64,000 nucleotides of DNA from Hypanus sabinus (taxonomy: Eukaryota). The notes under the pieces are model-generated. The model ran no database searches and was not told the origin of the DNA. It was given only the letters and a program-made list of their open reading frames with translations. The stretch lies in the NCBI RefSeq assembly GCF_030144855.1, contig NC_082708.1, positions 59,582,001 to 59,646,000 of the forward strand, given 5' to 3'. The number at the start of each line of letters is the position of its first letter. The stretch's first letter is position 1. Of this stretch, positions 34,601 through 46,635 are shown one piece after another. The position numbers and the translations under genes were made by a program.

Positions 34601-35529
34601 AAAGCAGGGACAAACAGTAGACCGAAGGGAAAGAGACATAGTTGTAGGGTAAAGAGCAAACTGTCGGAGGGACCCAGCGGTGGCGATCCTTGATCCGGAC
34701 TGAAGGAGGGAGATGGCCAGTACAGAGAGGCGAGAGTTGGTAAGCGTTAGGAGGAGCTGAGTGAGGAGGAGTAATAGAGTTGGGAGAGGTGAGAGTAAAA
34801 ATAGTGAGGCAACCCATCCACCGCTTGAACTCTCGCTCATCCAAGATATAATTTTGTTATTTCAACCCCCCCCCCGTTTGTTTCGACAATAAAAAAAAAT
34901 CAAATGAATTATGGACTGTGCCTGTTTCATGCAGTAGAGAGGAAAATAGGTTAAGGTCCTGCTTCTGAACACTCACTATGAAGTTGACACATGTCGAATT
35001 TACCGCCGATACTCAGTCTGGACTTGAGTGGGATCATGCTGCTGACCACTAAGTGTCCTTACTGCTGACTTGGTGAATTGCGGTACATCTCAGTCATGTG
35101 TATTTTACATGGCTATATAATTCAAGTGCCAATGTGACTCCATATATCGCCCCCCACCCCCGTTCATCAGTTTGTTTCAAATCCCCTCTCAAACAACATC
35201 AATGTGACTTGGATATTACTGCCGCGTGCCCTAATGGTGGACGGGGAAACGAACTTTAAACAAATGCAGCTTTGCCTCTCAGGGTCCAAATACAACTCCT
35301 TGTATTCCTGGAGCTCCAGCCACCACCTGTTCTGAAGCCCTCTGGCAATTTCTTCGTTGGACCATAGAAAAAGAGAAAAAAAAATCACACTTGTCAATTT
35401 AACCAAAGGTAAAATTCTTCTCCTTGGAAAAATGAAAAATGCTATATCTCATGTTTTACAACTCTTTTACAAATTCCTGATTAAATGTGCCTGAAGAGTG
35501 GTCAAAAGACTGGGCATTATTTTCAAAAT

Positions 35530-36180
35530 AGGAAGAAAATTCCGAAACCAGAGGTGCAATGGGACTTGGTATTGCTAGTTTAGGATTACCTCAAGGTTCA
35601 CTTGCAGATTGTGTCAGTAGTAACGGTTGCAAATGCAATGTTGACATTCATTTTGAGAGGACTAGAATATAAAAGCAAGAATATACGGCTGAGGCTTTAT
35701 TAGGCAGACCACATTTGGAAAACTGTGAGCCCCGTAATCTAAGAAAGGATATGCTGGCCTTGAAGAGTGTTCAATGGAGATTCACAAGATTGATTTCAGG
35801 AATGAAGGGCTTAACATTAATAGTGTTTAATGTCTGAGCCTGTACTCATTGGAGTTCATAAGGATGGGGGGAGGGGAAGAGGGAATCTTATTGAGGACTA
35901 CTGGATTCTGAAAGGTCTGGATAGTATGGACAAGGAGAGGATGTTTCCATTAGTAGGAAGAGTCTGGACCTGAGGACAGAACCTCAGAATAAAGGAACAT
36001 TCCTTTAAAACTGAGATGAAGAGGATTTTTTTCAGCTGGGGAGTGACAGTTCTGTGAAATTCATTGCCACAAAGGGCTGTGGAGGCCAAGGCCAAGAACG
36101 GGAAGTGGGGTTGAAAGGTAGAGCAGACTTGAAGGACTGAACAGCCTAATTATGTTCCTTTGTGTTATAGTCTTATTATA
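35530..36180 (+). mobile_element. CR1 LINE 3' fragment
   Basis: Degenerate RT C-terminus and CR1 3' end (GAAGGACTGAACAGCCTAAT..). Confidence 0.7.
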
Positions 36181-36299
36181 CCTTAGGAGAATTGAAATGT
36201 TTTCCTGACTCAACAGAGTTCAATTTTAGATGCAGATCTGCAGGTGAGAATCCTATTTTACCTCTTGGTCCCATATTTTTCTTCCTAACTTATCATTCT

Positions 36300-38340
36300 C
36301 AGAATCTGAATCAGGTTTAATATCTCTGGCATATGTCATGAAATGTGTTTTGCAGCAACAGTACATTGCAATATATAAAAACTATAAATCACAGCTGTTA
36401 CATTAAAAAATTAAATTAGTGCAAAAGGCAAACAAAGAAGTGGTGAGGTGGTGTACATGGCAGAGGAGAGGAAGCTGTCCCTGAAACTTTGAGTGAGTGT
36501 CTTCAGGCTCCTGTACCACCTCCTTCATTGTAGCAATTGGGAAGAGGACATGTCCTGGGTGATGGGGGTCCTTAATGAGCAATACTGCCTTTTTGAGGCA
36601 TTGGCTTTTGAAAGTGTCCCCGATGCTAGGAAGGCTATTGCCCACGATGGTTTATAACTTTCTGCAGATTTTTTCTGTTCCTGTGCAGTGGCCGCTCCAT
36701 ACCAGACAGTGATGCAGCCAGTTAGAAAACTCTCCACGGTGCATCAGTAGAAATTTCCTAGAGTCTTTTTGTGGCAGACCAAGTCTCCTCAAGCTCGTAA
36801 TGAAACGTAGTCACTGCCGTGCCTTCTTTGAAATTACATGAATATGTTGGGCCCAGAATAGACAGTCAGAGATGATGACACCTAGGAACTTGGAACTGAT
36901 CACCCTTTCCACTTCTGATCTCTCAAAAAGAGATGTGTTTGTGTGTGTTTCCTCTATTTCCTCTTCCTGAAGTCCACAATGAATTCTTTGGTCTTACTGA
37001 CATAGAGTGCAAGGTTGTTTTGACACCACTCAACCAGCTGATGTATCTCACTCCTGTATGCCTCCTTGTCACTGTCTGAAATACTGACAGCAAATTTATA
37101 GATGGCATTTGAGCTGTGCCTAGCCACACAGTTATGGGTGTATTAAGAGAGATGAACAGTAGTTTAAGCACGAATCCTTGAGGTGCACCAGTGTTAACTG
37201 TCAGCAAGGAGGAGATGTTATTTCAGATCCATGGTCTCCTGATGAGGATCCAGTTGCAGAGGGAGGTGAAGAGGCCCACATTTTGGAGCTTGTTGATTAG
37301 AACCAAGGGTGTGATGGTGTTGAGCACTGAGCCTGACACAAGTATTAGTATTGTCCAGGTGATCCAAGACTGAGTGGAGAGCCAGTGAGACTGCATCCAC
37401 GGTGAACCTATTGTGGTGACAAGGCAAATTGCAGCTGGCCCAGGTACTTGCTTAGGCAGGAGCTGATTCTGGCCATGACCAACCTCTCAAATCACGTCAT
37501 CAAAATAGATGTGTGTGCAACTGGGCAATGATCGTTGAGGTAGCTCACCCTGCTCTTCTTGGGCTCTAAAGTGATTGTCACCCTTTTGAAATAAATGGGA
37601 ACCTCCAACTGCAGCAGTAAGAGATTGAAGGTGTCTTTGAACACTCTCACCAGTTGGCTGGCACAGGTGTTCAGTGTCCTACCAGGTACACCATCAGGGC
37701 CTCACAGCTTGTGAAGGTTCAGCTTCTAGAAAGAAGTTCTGCCATCTGCCTCTGAGACAGCGATCATAGGGTCAGCAGATGCTACAGGAATTTGCAAAGG
37801 TGTAGTTTTATTCTCCCTTTCAAAGCGTGCATGAAAGGTATTGAACTTATCTGGGAGTGAAACAGAGCAGCCATTCATGATGTTAGGTTTCACCTTGTAG
37901 GAAGTAATGGTCTACAAACCCTGCCAGAGCTGACATGCATCTGATTCCATCTCTAACTGCGATCGGAATTGTTTTTTTTGCTTGGACTTCTTGTATAGTT
38001 CTGGATTACTGGTCTTGAATGTCACTGATCTAGCCCTCAGCAAACTACAAATATCCTGGATCATCCACAGCTTTTGGTTTGGGTATGTCTGGTATGTTCT
38101 TAAAGGTACACTCAGCCACAGGTCTTAATAAACTCAGTGACTACTGTAGCCTATTCATTCAAATTAGATAGATCCCTGAATATTGTCCAATCCAATGACA
38201 CAAAGTGGTCCTCTGCCTCCTTTGAACAAACCCTCTTGGTCCTCATAGTCTCTGTCTATATAGCGGGAGTAGAACAGCCAGGTGATTGGACTCTCCAAAG
38301 TATGGGTGTGGGATGTCATGGTAAGCCATGACATTCTCTC
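36300..38340 (-). mobile_element. Rex1/Babar-like LINE, about 2 kb
   Basis: LTVNTGAPQGFVL, ESFLTGCITVWYG and KDPHHPGH.LF, with a CAGAATCTGAATCAG tail. Confidence 0.8.
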
Positions 38341-38959
38341 TTGCATTTGTACCTTCAACCCTTTTGATTGCAACACTTTCTAATGTACATGCTATCCCAG
38401 ACTTTGATTTCTTCCTTATATCTTTAATTTTCTTCCAGTGTATCTACATAATGTACATGATTTTTAACATTTTGCATTCTGATGCAAGGTCACTGATCCA
38501 AGAAAATAACTTTTTCCTCCGCAAATGCTGTGTGACCTGCTGAATATTTACAGTATTGTATTCATATTTTAAATTAGCATTTGATGCAATATTTAGCTTT
38601 CTATATTGTGTTTTTATTCAGTGTAATGGACAAGATTGAGGGAGATTTGATCAAAGCTTAAGATATTAACAGGAACAGTTTCCTTTTATCCTACCCTTCT
38701 CTCTAATTCGACTCATAACTGTGATCTTAACAGCCTTGATGGCATAAATATATTCCTTAATATATATGAAAACAGAAAGCCCATCTATAATGATAAAGCA
38801 GTTGATGTTTTATTTCTACTGTCCAATCAAGTTGAGATTCATTGTCATAGGTATGTAAACCCATGGTACAAATGTCATACAAATTAGCTTTTTTATGCAG
38901 CAGTTACATTAAAAAGTGTTTTGTAAACTTTTGTTAACTTATTTATAGATTCTGCTGCC

Positions 38960-39104
38960 ATGTCTCAGAGTACTTTGACAGGAGTGGAGAACTCAGCTGT
39001 GACAGTGTTGAAGAGGGCTGTTGAATTGGATAATGATTCCCGTTTGCAGGATGCATTGATTTGCTATCAGGAAGGCATCCATCTTCTTATGGAAGTGTTG
39101 AAAG
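38960..39104 (+). CDS. MITD1: MIT domain-containing protein 1, coding exon 1
   Basis: [36 protein letters not shown] (MIT domain). Acceptor at 38948, GCCATG start. Confidence 0.96.
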
Positions 39105-40441
39105 GTAATAAAGCCCCTAAAGTTCGCTCTGCTGAAATATCATGAGTTTTAGAACTTCCCAAAAAAAAACTGCATTTTTCCATAACTTTAATTCTAAACA
39201 ATGTTTCTAAACCAGAATGGACGTTTGCAAGTTGGCGTCTGACCTCGAATGAACAGAGTCTTACATCAAGAATAACTAATATAAAAAAAAGACAAGAAAC
39301 GGATAATGAAGTTGTTCCAGTTTCCATAGATTAGAAAGGAAAATAACTTACGGTCCTGCTTCTGATCATTTACTGTAAAGTTGAAAGTTCGTATGTCGAA
39401 CTTACCACTGATACTGAGTCTGGACTTGAGTGGTTTGGTGCTGACCACATCCAGAGAAGTCAGTGTTAAAAACTGAAGTTGTGTTCTTAATGCAGACTTG
39501 GTGAACTGCAGTATATCTTATTCACGTGTATTTGACATGGATGCACAAATCAAGTACCAATGTGACTCAATATTTTACATTGTTTGCTACTTGACAACAC
39601 TTGTGATTTCACAAGAACATTTGTTTAATACAGTATTGTAAATGCAAGAACTTTTCCTATTATGTTTTTCAGAAGTAAGTATTAATTATGAAAATACTTC
39701 TTGTTGCACAAGCTAAATAAACCGAACACGTATCAACTGAGAAGTAGGAAAATAAATCAGAGACTAGCTTTATTTGTCACATGTACATTGAACCATTGAA
39801 ATATACAATGAAGTGCATTATTTGTGTCAACAACCAACACAGACCGAATATATATTTGGCGGGGCATGTAACAGGAACTGTAAATGTGCTGTGCTAACCA
39901 CTCCACTACTGTGACGCCCCAAATTATTTTAAAAAAAATAATGCAAAGGGTTCACTTTTTTGTGTTATATGCTTATTGCCTTAATTGTTGTGGTTGTTTT
40001 ACAATTGCTCTTTTGACTAATGTATGAAATCTATATAGGATGTGATTTACAAGCATATTAGCCTTGAAAGTACAAGGCTTGAACCCTAATTTGTTAGCAT
40101 GTCTCTACTAAGCAGGAGCACAAGAATTAACTGCAACATGTCTTGGGTTAAAAGAGGAATACGCAATGCATTTCGTGCAGGTTGTAACACTGATCCCCAC
40201 ATTGAAGGGTCTAACGTTTAAAGTAAAAGTGGTCTCGATCATATGACAATATAATCAAATCATCTTTCAATTTTCAATCATGAATGAACACCTGGGTAAG
40301 ATAAATAAGGGTTGTAAAACCTAACCAAAAGCAAGCACGAGTCATCTACTTAAATCACAGAGGAATAGAAGCTGAATGTTAAACTGCCCATACTGTGTAT
40401 GTCATGACTGCCGAACTAATTCATTTGTTTTAATACTGTAG

Positions 40442-40543
40442 CTACAAAAGATGAAGCAAAAAAAGGCCATTATCGAAAGAAGATAACAGACTACATGGAT
40501 CGAGCAGAAAAAATTAAAGGACAGCTGAATTACCTCAAAGAAA
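40442..40543 (+). CDS. MITD1: MITD1 coding exon 2
   Basis: TKDEAKKGHYRKKITDYMDRAEKIKGQLNYLKE. Confidence 0.95.
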
Positions 40544-41284
40544 GTAACTATTTTTGCAGTCATTTTTGTAAGTCCCATATTTGATGTATTTTCTCATGCC
40601 AGATGAAATCTTTGAATACATTTTTTTTGTTTTCATCAATTCAAAAAGCTAGAATGGTTAATCAATTGTCTGAGCTGTTAGGTTGTCATACAGAAAATGA
40701 AAAACTCCTGGTAAAGGCTGAGTTAACAGATCTCACCTGGGAACAGACTTAATACAATCACAATATCCCCTGGTGAGGGGAAAGGCATCAACCAAATCCT
40801 CCATTCCAGTTCACTGCGCTGGAAAAGCGATGATAAACTTAACCTTGGCTGATATATACATTGGGCTAAGAAAATAGTATAGGCTTACACAGAAGCAATC
40901 AAATTATATGGTAGCATGGATTACTTATTCCAAATGCTTATTTTTTTGAAAGGGAGAGGAAAGCACGGGAAGATTAAAAGAAATAAAAAAACACCTGAAT
41001 TGTGTTTCAGAATTAGGTAGTACAGTTATGTCAATATTTCAACACCCTTAATGATGTATTACTGATCGATGTTATGTTTTCTTCACCCCCCCCCCCCCCA
41101 CCCCCAAAAGAAAATAGCGAAACATTTTGGTGGAGCCTCCTTGTGTTTTGCCCATATAGAATGTGACAAAGAAATTAAAGCATTCATCTCAATTAAGCAA
41201 TCTATTTAGCTCATGTGACAGATTCTGCTTTACACAAGTCTTTTATTGCCCCTCTATATGAAATCATATTCTTGCAATCTTTAT

Positions 41285-41552
41285 TTATTTTATTTATCGA
41301 GATACAGTGTGCAACAGGCCCTTTGGTCCCTTCAAGCCGCACCACCCAGCAGTCTCCGATTTAATCCTAGTCAAATCCCGGGACAATTTACAATGACCAA
41401 TTAACCTACCAACGGTTACATTTTTGGACTGTGGGAGCAAACCCACACGGTCACAGGGAGAACGTACAAGCTCCTTACAGGCAGTGGCGGGGATTTGAAC
41501 ACAGGTCACTTGTACTGTAAAGCATTGTGCTAACCACTATGCTACCATGCCA
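41285..41552 (-). mobile_element. HE1/V-SINE-type SINE
   Basis: Reverse-strand tRNA-like head, V-type core and (AAAT)n tail. Further copies at about 14640-14790, 28180-28340, 39760-39920, 44765-45020, 48030-48310 and 54780-54970. Confidence 0.75.
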
Positions 41553-42807
41553 CCCACTCACACATTTAAATAGTTTCTTCCTGACTGCATCTGTGTTAAT
41601 TATCTCACCTGCTCTCTCTGGCGGTGAGTTCACGTTCATAGAAAGTGGTCATCGGTCTATCAAATCAATACTGTCAAAGTCTTTATTAACTCTCATTGAA
41701 ATAAATGGCTTCTTACTTTAAGGCACTTTGTGTGCTTATGCTGGTAGTTTTAAAATATGATGAGTGATGCTGTTTTCCCAATCCATACCACTTAGTCTCT
41801 GTTCCTTTTATGAAAAATTGACATCCTGTATCAAAGTCATAGTGCAGTAAATTTTCACCAGTTAGGTGAGAATTAGAGTGTTTAAGGTAGTAACTTGATA
41901 CATTTGCCTTTATCAGCTGAGACACAGAATATGATGGGTGGTCAGTTTGGATCTGCATAAAGCAATAGACTGCTTCACATTACTGTGGATTATATAGTAA
42001 GTGGCAACCGTACTCACACTGTGACATGTTCTTGCTCTCCATGTCGTGTGACAACACTCTATACAATATACTTAATGTGGCAATGTAAGTTTCACACAAC
42101 TTCTACTTTTCCATCCTACACTATGGGAATGAACTTGGTGCCACTATTTAAAAGGATTGCACTAAAATTAACCTGCATCGCAGTTTTATTGATCTGTGCT
42201 CCTGTACCCCAAATCTCTCTTCTTCCCCATTCGGCCACATTTTTTTTAAAGGCAATGCACTGTCCTGAATCTTCATACAAGTGGGAGTACAATCTAACGT
42301 GAGAAAAAGCAAGAAAAATATTTATAGCCATTTGTTTAAAATGGAGTAAAGGCTTTAGTTGATATTTGTGGCTACTTAATAGCCAAGCACAGAATGGAAT
42401 GCAGTTGTACCCAGTCCAGACCAATTAATGGGACAGGCTTCCTTTTCAACAGACTATTAATAAATTAATTGTTTTTAATGCCAATGCATCAGCTTTGCAT
42501 TTCATTTTAATTTCCAGAATATTTTTAAAATTTGAAATAAAATTCAGAAACTGCTATTGTAGTATTCTCTAAATGTTGAGTAGCGGTTCTTGATAACACT
42601 TTTTTCAAAAAAATTACCTCATGAAATAGTAGTTTTGTTACCTCATAAGATTTTGAAAAAACAGATTTCTTCCTGATTGGAAATACTACTGAATCTTCAA
42701 ACAAGGGTATGGTTAATTGTCATAAAAGGTTAGCTCTGTGTAGTTTAGTTTGGAACTACTAGTAGTTGTCGTGAATAATTTGAAAGTAATCATCTTAAAA
42801 AATTAAC

Positions 42808-44670
42808 ACATAAAATGCTGGAGAAACTTAGCAAGTCAGGCAGCATCTATGAAAAGGAATAAATTCTGAACTTGTGTCTGTACATCTTGACTCCATTTTA
42901 TCCCCTTCAGTCCCTTCTCATAAACAGCTACATCCATGACATTTCACACATTCTCGATTTCTCCAACAACTTTCAGTTCCCTGCTCCTGATTGCCTCATT
43001 TTCACCATGGATGTCCAATCCCTATACCCCTCTATCCCCCCCCATCAAGAAGGCCTTAAAGCCCTCCAACTTCTTTATCAACTCCAGATTCAACCAGCTC
43101 CCATCCAGCACCTCCCTCCTCTATCTGGCAGAACTGGTCTTCCCACTCAACAATTTCTCTTTTGGCTCCTCCCACTTTCTCCAAACCCAAGGTGTAGCCA
43201 TCGGCAACCACATGGGCCCCAGCTATCTCTGCCATTTCATTGGCTATGTGGAACAGTCCATGTTCCTAGCATTTACTGCTAGTGCTCCCCAACTCTTTCT
43301 GTGCTACACCGACAACTGCATTGGTGCTGTTTCATGCTCCCATGCTGAGCTCATCAATTTCATCAACTTTGCCTCCAACTTCCATCGTCCTTAAATTCAT
43401 TTGATCAGCTTCGAAAATCTCTTTCCATTCTCTCAATCTGTCCATTTCCATTTCTAGGGACAAACTGCCTTTTAGAAATCTACTGATTGTCACAGCTGTC
43501 TTTTGACTATACTTCTTCCTACCCAGTCACCTGTAAAAATGCCATTCCCTTTTCTCAATTCCTTCATCTCCACTGCATCTGCCCTCAATGAGACTTCCTT
43601 TCCAGGACATCAGAGATTTCCTCCTCCTTCAATGAACAGGGTTTCCTTTTGTTGTCCACCATTGATGCTGCCCTCACCTGCATCTCCTGAATTTCCTGGA
43701 CATCCACCCTAACCTCATCTTCCCACTGCATTAACAGTGATAGATTTTCTCATTCTTTTCTACCACCCTATGAGCCTCCCCATCCAGCACTTCTTTCTCT
43801 GCAACTTCCACCACCTTCAATGGGATCCTAACACATCTTTACTCCCTTTCCCCTCAACTCTCTGCTTTCCTTGGGAGTCTTTTTCTCCATGATTCCCTCC
43901 CCACCACTCTCCTCCCAGCCCTTATCCCTGCAAGCAGAAGAAGTGCTCACTTGTATATCCACCTCCCCCATCCCCTACATTCAGGGCCCAAACCATCCTT
44001 CCAGGTGCAAATCCGTTGAGGTAGTTTACTGTATCTGGTGCTCCCAATGTACTCTCCTCTACATCGGTGGCACCCAGTGTAGATCGGGAGACTGCTTTGT
44101 CAAGCACTTTCATTCCATCCACAACAACCAAGATTTCCTGGTGGCCAACCATTTTAATTCCAATCCCTATTTCAATTCCAATATGATGGTCCATGGCCTC
44201 CTCTAATGCAAAGATGAGGCCACTTTCAGGTTAGATGAGCAACACCTCATTCCATCTGGGTAGCTTCCACCCTGAAGGCATGAATATTGATTTCTCTAGC
44301 TTCTGTTAATTTTCCCCCTGCCCCTCTTCCATTCTCCACTCTGGCTGCCCTCTTACCTCTTCTCTTCTCTTCACATGCCTATCACTTCACCCTGGTGCAC
44401 CTCCTCCTCTTTCTCCCATGGTCCATTCTCCTCTCCTATCAAGTTCCTTCTTCTTCAGCACTTTACCTTTTCCACCTATCACATCCCAGCTTCTCACTGC
44501 ATCCCCTCCTCCCCCACCTTCTTATTTGACTTCTTCCCCCTTCCATTCCAGCCTGATGAAGGGTCTCAGCTGAAACATTGACTGGTTTTCCATTCCACAG
44601 ATGCTGCCTGACTTGCTGTTTCTCCAGCATTTTGTGTGTTGCTGTGGATAAACAGCATCTACATAATTTT
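42808..44670 (+). mobile_element. Penelope-like retroelement (RT plus GIY-YIG endonuclease), 5'-truncated, with inverted 5' pLTR piece
   Basis: FTMDVQSLYPSIP, QGVAIGNHMGPSY and VVYCIWCSQCTLLYIG. 3' pLTR with CTGATGAAGGGTCTCAGCTGAAAC at 44553. About 16-bp TSD (13/16). Confidence 0.88.
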
Positions 44671-45238
44671 ATCTTAAAATTTAAACTGTTAGAAAGAATT
44701 TTAAACCAGATATGAAATTGGCTACCTTATAACTTTCAGTAAATATTCTGTACACAAAATTTCCACAGTAATGTAGTGGTTAGCACGACACTAATACAGT
44801 TCATTGAAGGTCAGTTCCGACATCATCTGTAGGAAGTCTATGCATCTTCCCTGTGGAATGTGTGGGCTTTCTCTGGGTCCTCTGGTTTCCTCCTACAGTC
44901 CCAAGACATCCCAGTTAGTAAATTGTCCCGTGAATAGTTTACGGTTAAATTGGAATTGCTGGGCAGCGCAGCTTGAAGGGCCAGAAGAACCTATTCCGCA
45001 CTGTTAATTAATAGTAAATAAATTCCCAGCCTTCAAGTTCCTTGTTAAAGTGAAACTACCGTGTTTCTGTGGTTTTGTATTTACACTTAATAATATATAG
45101 AATTTTAAATTTTCATCATTGCAGAATTTTTTATTTGGAAATTAAAATATGATAGTTCATTAAATATAAATCTAAAACATGCCTAAAAGATGATAAGATG
45201 GTGCTTGTATACTCTTGTCCTACCTTTCTGTATTTTAG

Positions 45239-45375
45239 AAGGAAAATATCATGAGCAGATCAAAATTCCAGAAGATGCTACTGGATTTAGTTACGAAAAG
45301 TTGTTCAAACCATACCTGGATTCTTTTGTTACTGAGGTCTGGGTAGAAGATCCATACATCAGGCACGTTCATCAG
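45239..45375 (+). CDS. MITD1: MITD1 coding exon 3
   Basis: [22 protein letters not shown]...[14 protein letters not shown]. Confidence 0.96.
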
Positions 45376-45632
45376 GTGACAATCACGCTAGTGTACCATT
45401 AAAACATCTTGTTGCCTTGCAAGTTTTGTCTTAATTTGTAAACAAGGTCACCATTTCTGTATTTTGACCCATTCAAGTTGCTGAGTATCCAAACCTAAAT
45501 AGTTTACAAATATTCAAACCTGTTCAGACAAAAATAGACTAAGAAATTGAAGTATACAACTTTTAAACTTAATGTAGTTTTAACTCTATAACCTACATAA
45601 CCAATACTCATTTTGTGGCATTTATTTTTTAG

Positions 45633-45716
45633 CTCTACAACTTCCTGAGATTCTGCGAGATGCTTATAAAAGGACCTTGCAGTGTGAAAACTATCCATCT
45701 GCTGACTTCACTTGAT
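45633..45716 (+). CDS. MITD1: MITD1 coding exon 4
   Basis: [28 protein letters not shown]. Confidence 0.95.
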
Positions 45717-46519
45717 GTACGTAATTTACAGTGATTCATTGTGTTAGGGCTAGGAGACCATGCTTTTCATTGCAAGTTTGTAATTAATTGCTGCAGGTAC
45801 ATTTTTAAAGGTGTTAACTGTACCAGTGTGGGGTTTTACAATTCATTTACTCTACTTTGAAAGTATCTTTCTTTTTTTGGAAAGGGGTGTTTATATTAAC
45901 ACTTCTCCAGATTTACTTCTACATCGTGTGCATAACAACTTCAGTTGTTTTAATGTGATGTCGATCAAGGAGAGATTTCCAAAGGAATAAGTTAAAATTT
46001 CAGCAGTAAAGACTTGTCCGTGGTGATTGACTTTGTTTTATCAGAGCTACACCTTTGTTAGACCCAAGAACAGACCTTGTCTTTTAACCACACAAGGTGC
46101 ACTCCCTGTGGCAAACATCTCTTTAACTAATCATTAAGTTATCTGAAAGCCAGAAAATAATTTTTAAAAATACTTAACATTGTTTTTGCATAACTAGTAT
46201 GAAACTAAGCTACCTTTGCCTATTTTGTATATTAGCTATTGGCTAATTTTATAAGGGCAAAAATTGGAACCTTTGAGCAGATTTCTTATATCCACAGTTA
46301 CGGAATGAGAATGCTACAAAAGGACAAATTATAGAAAGGAGGAAAAATATTTTAAGACAATGCCAAAATTATAACTATTAATTTATTTTTATGATTCCAA
46401 GTCTAATTTATTGGGATCTTACATATAGTATTGTTAATGCTATTTCTAAAATACTTATATCAGATTTTTTAAACTATAATTATGATATATATTCTTTAAT
46501 TTAATCTATTCAATTTTAG

Positions 46520-46635
46520 GATGGTAATAACTCGCAGCAGACCAATGGTCTTGAGGAAATAAAACAATCATTGGAGAGTTACAAGATAATGTTGGAGATA
46601 AAATATTCCTCGTCAATACATGATCGAGAAATCAG
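46520..46635 (+). CDS. MITD1: MITD1 coding exon 5
   Basis: [38 protein letters not shown]. Confidence 0.95.

Noticed and set aside
34099-34844. Several 60-165 aa ORFs around 34.1-34.8 kb
   Set aside because: These are stop-poor CpG-island frames. Only the 36-nt MRPL30 exon is supported.
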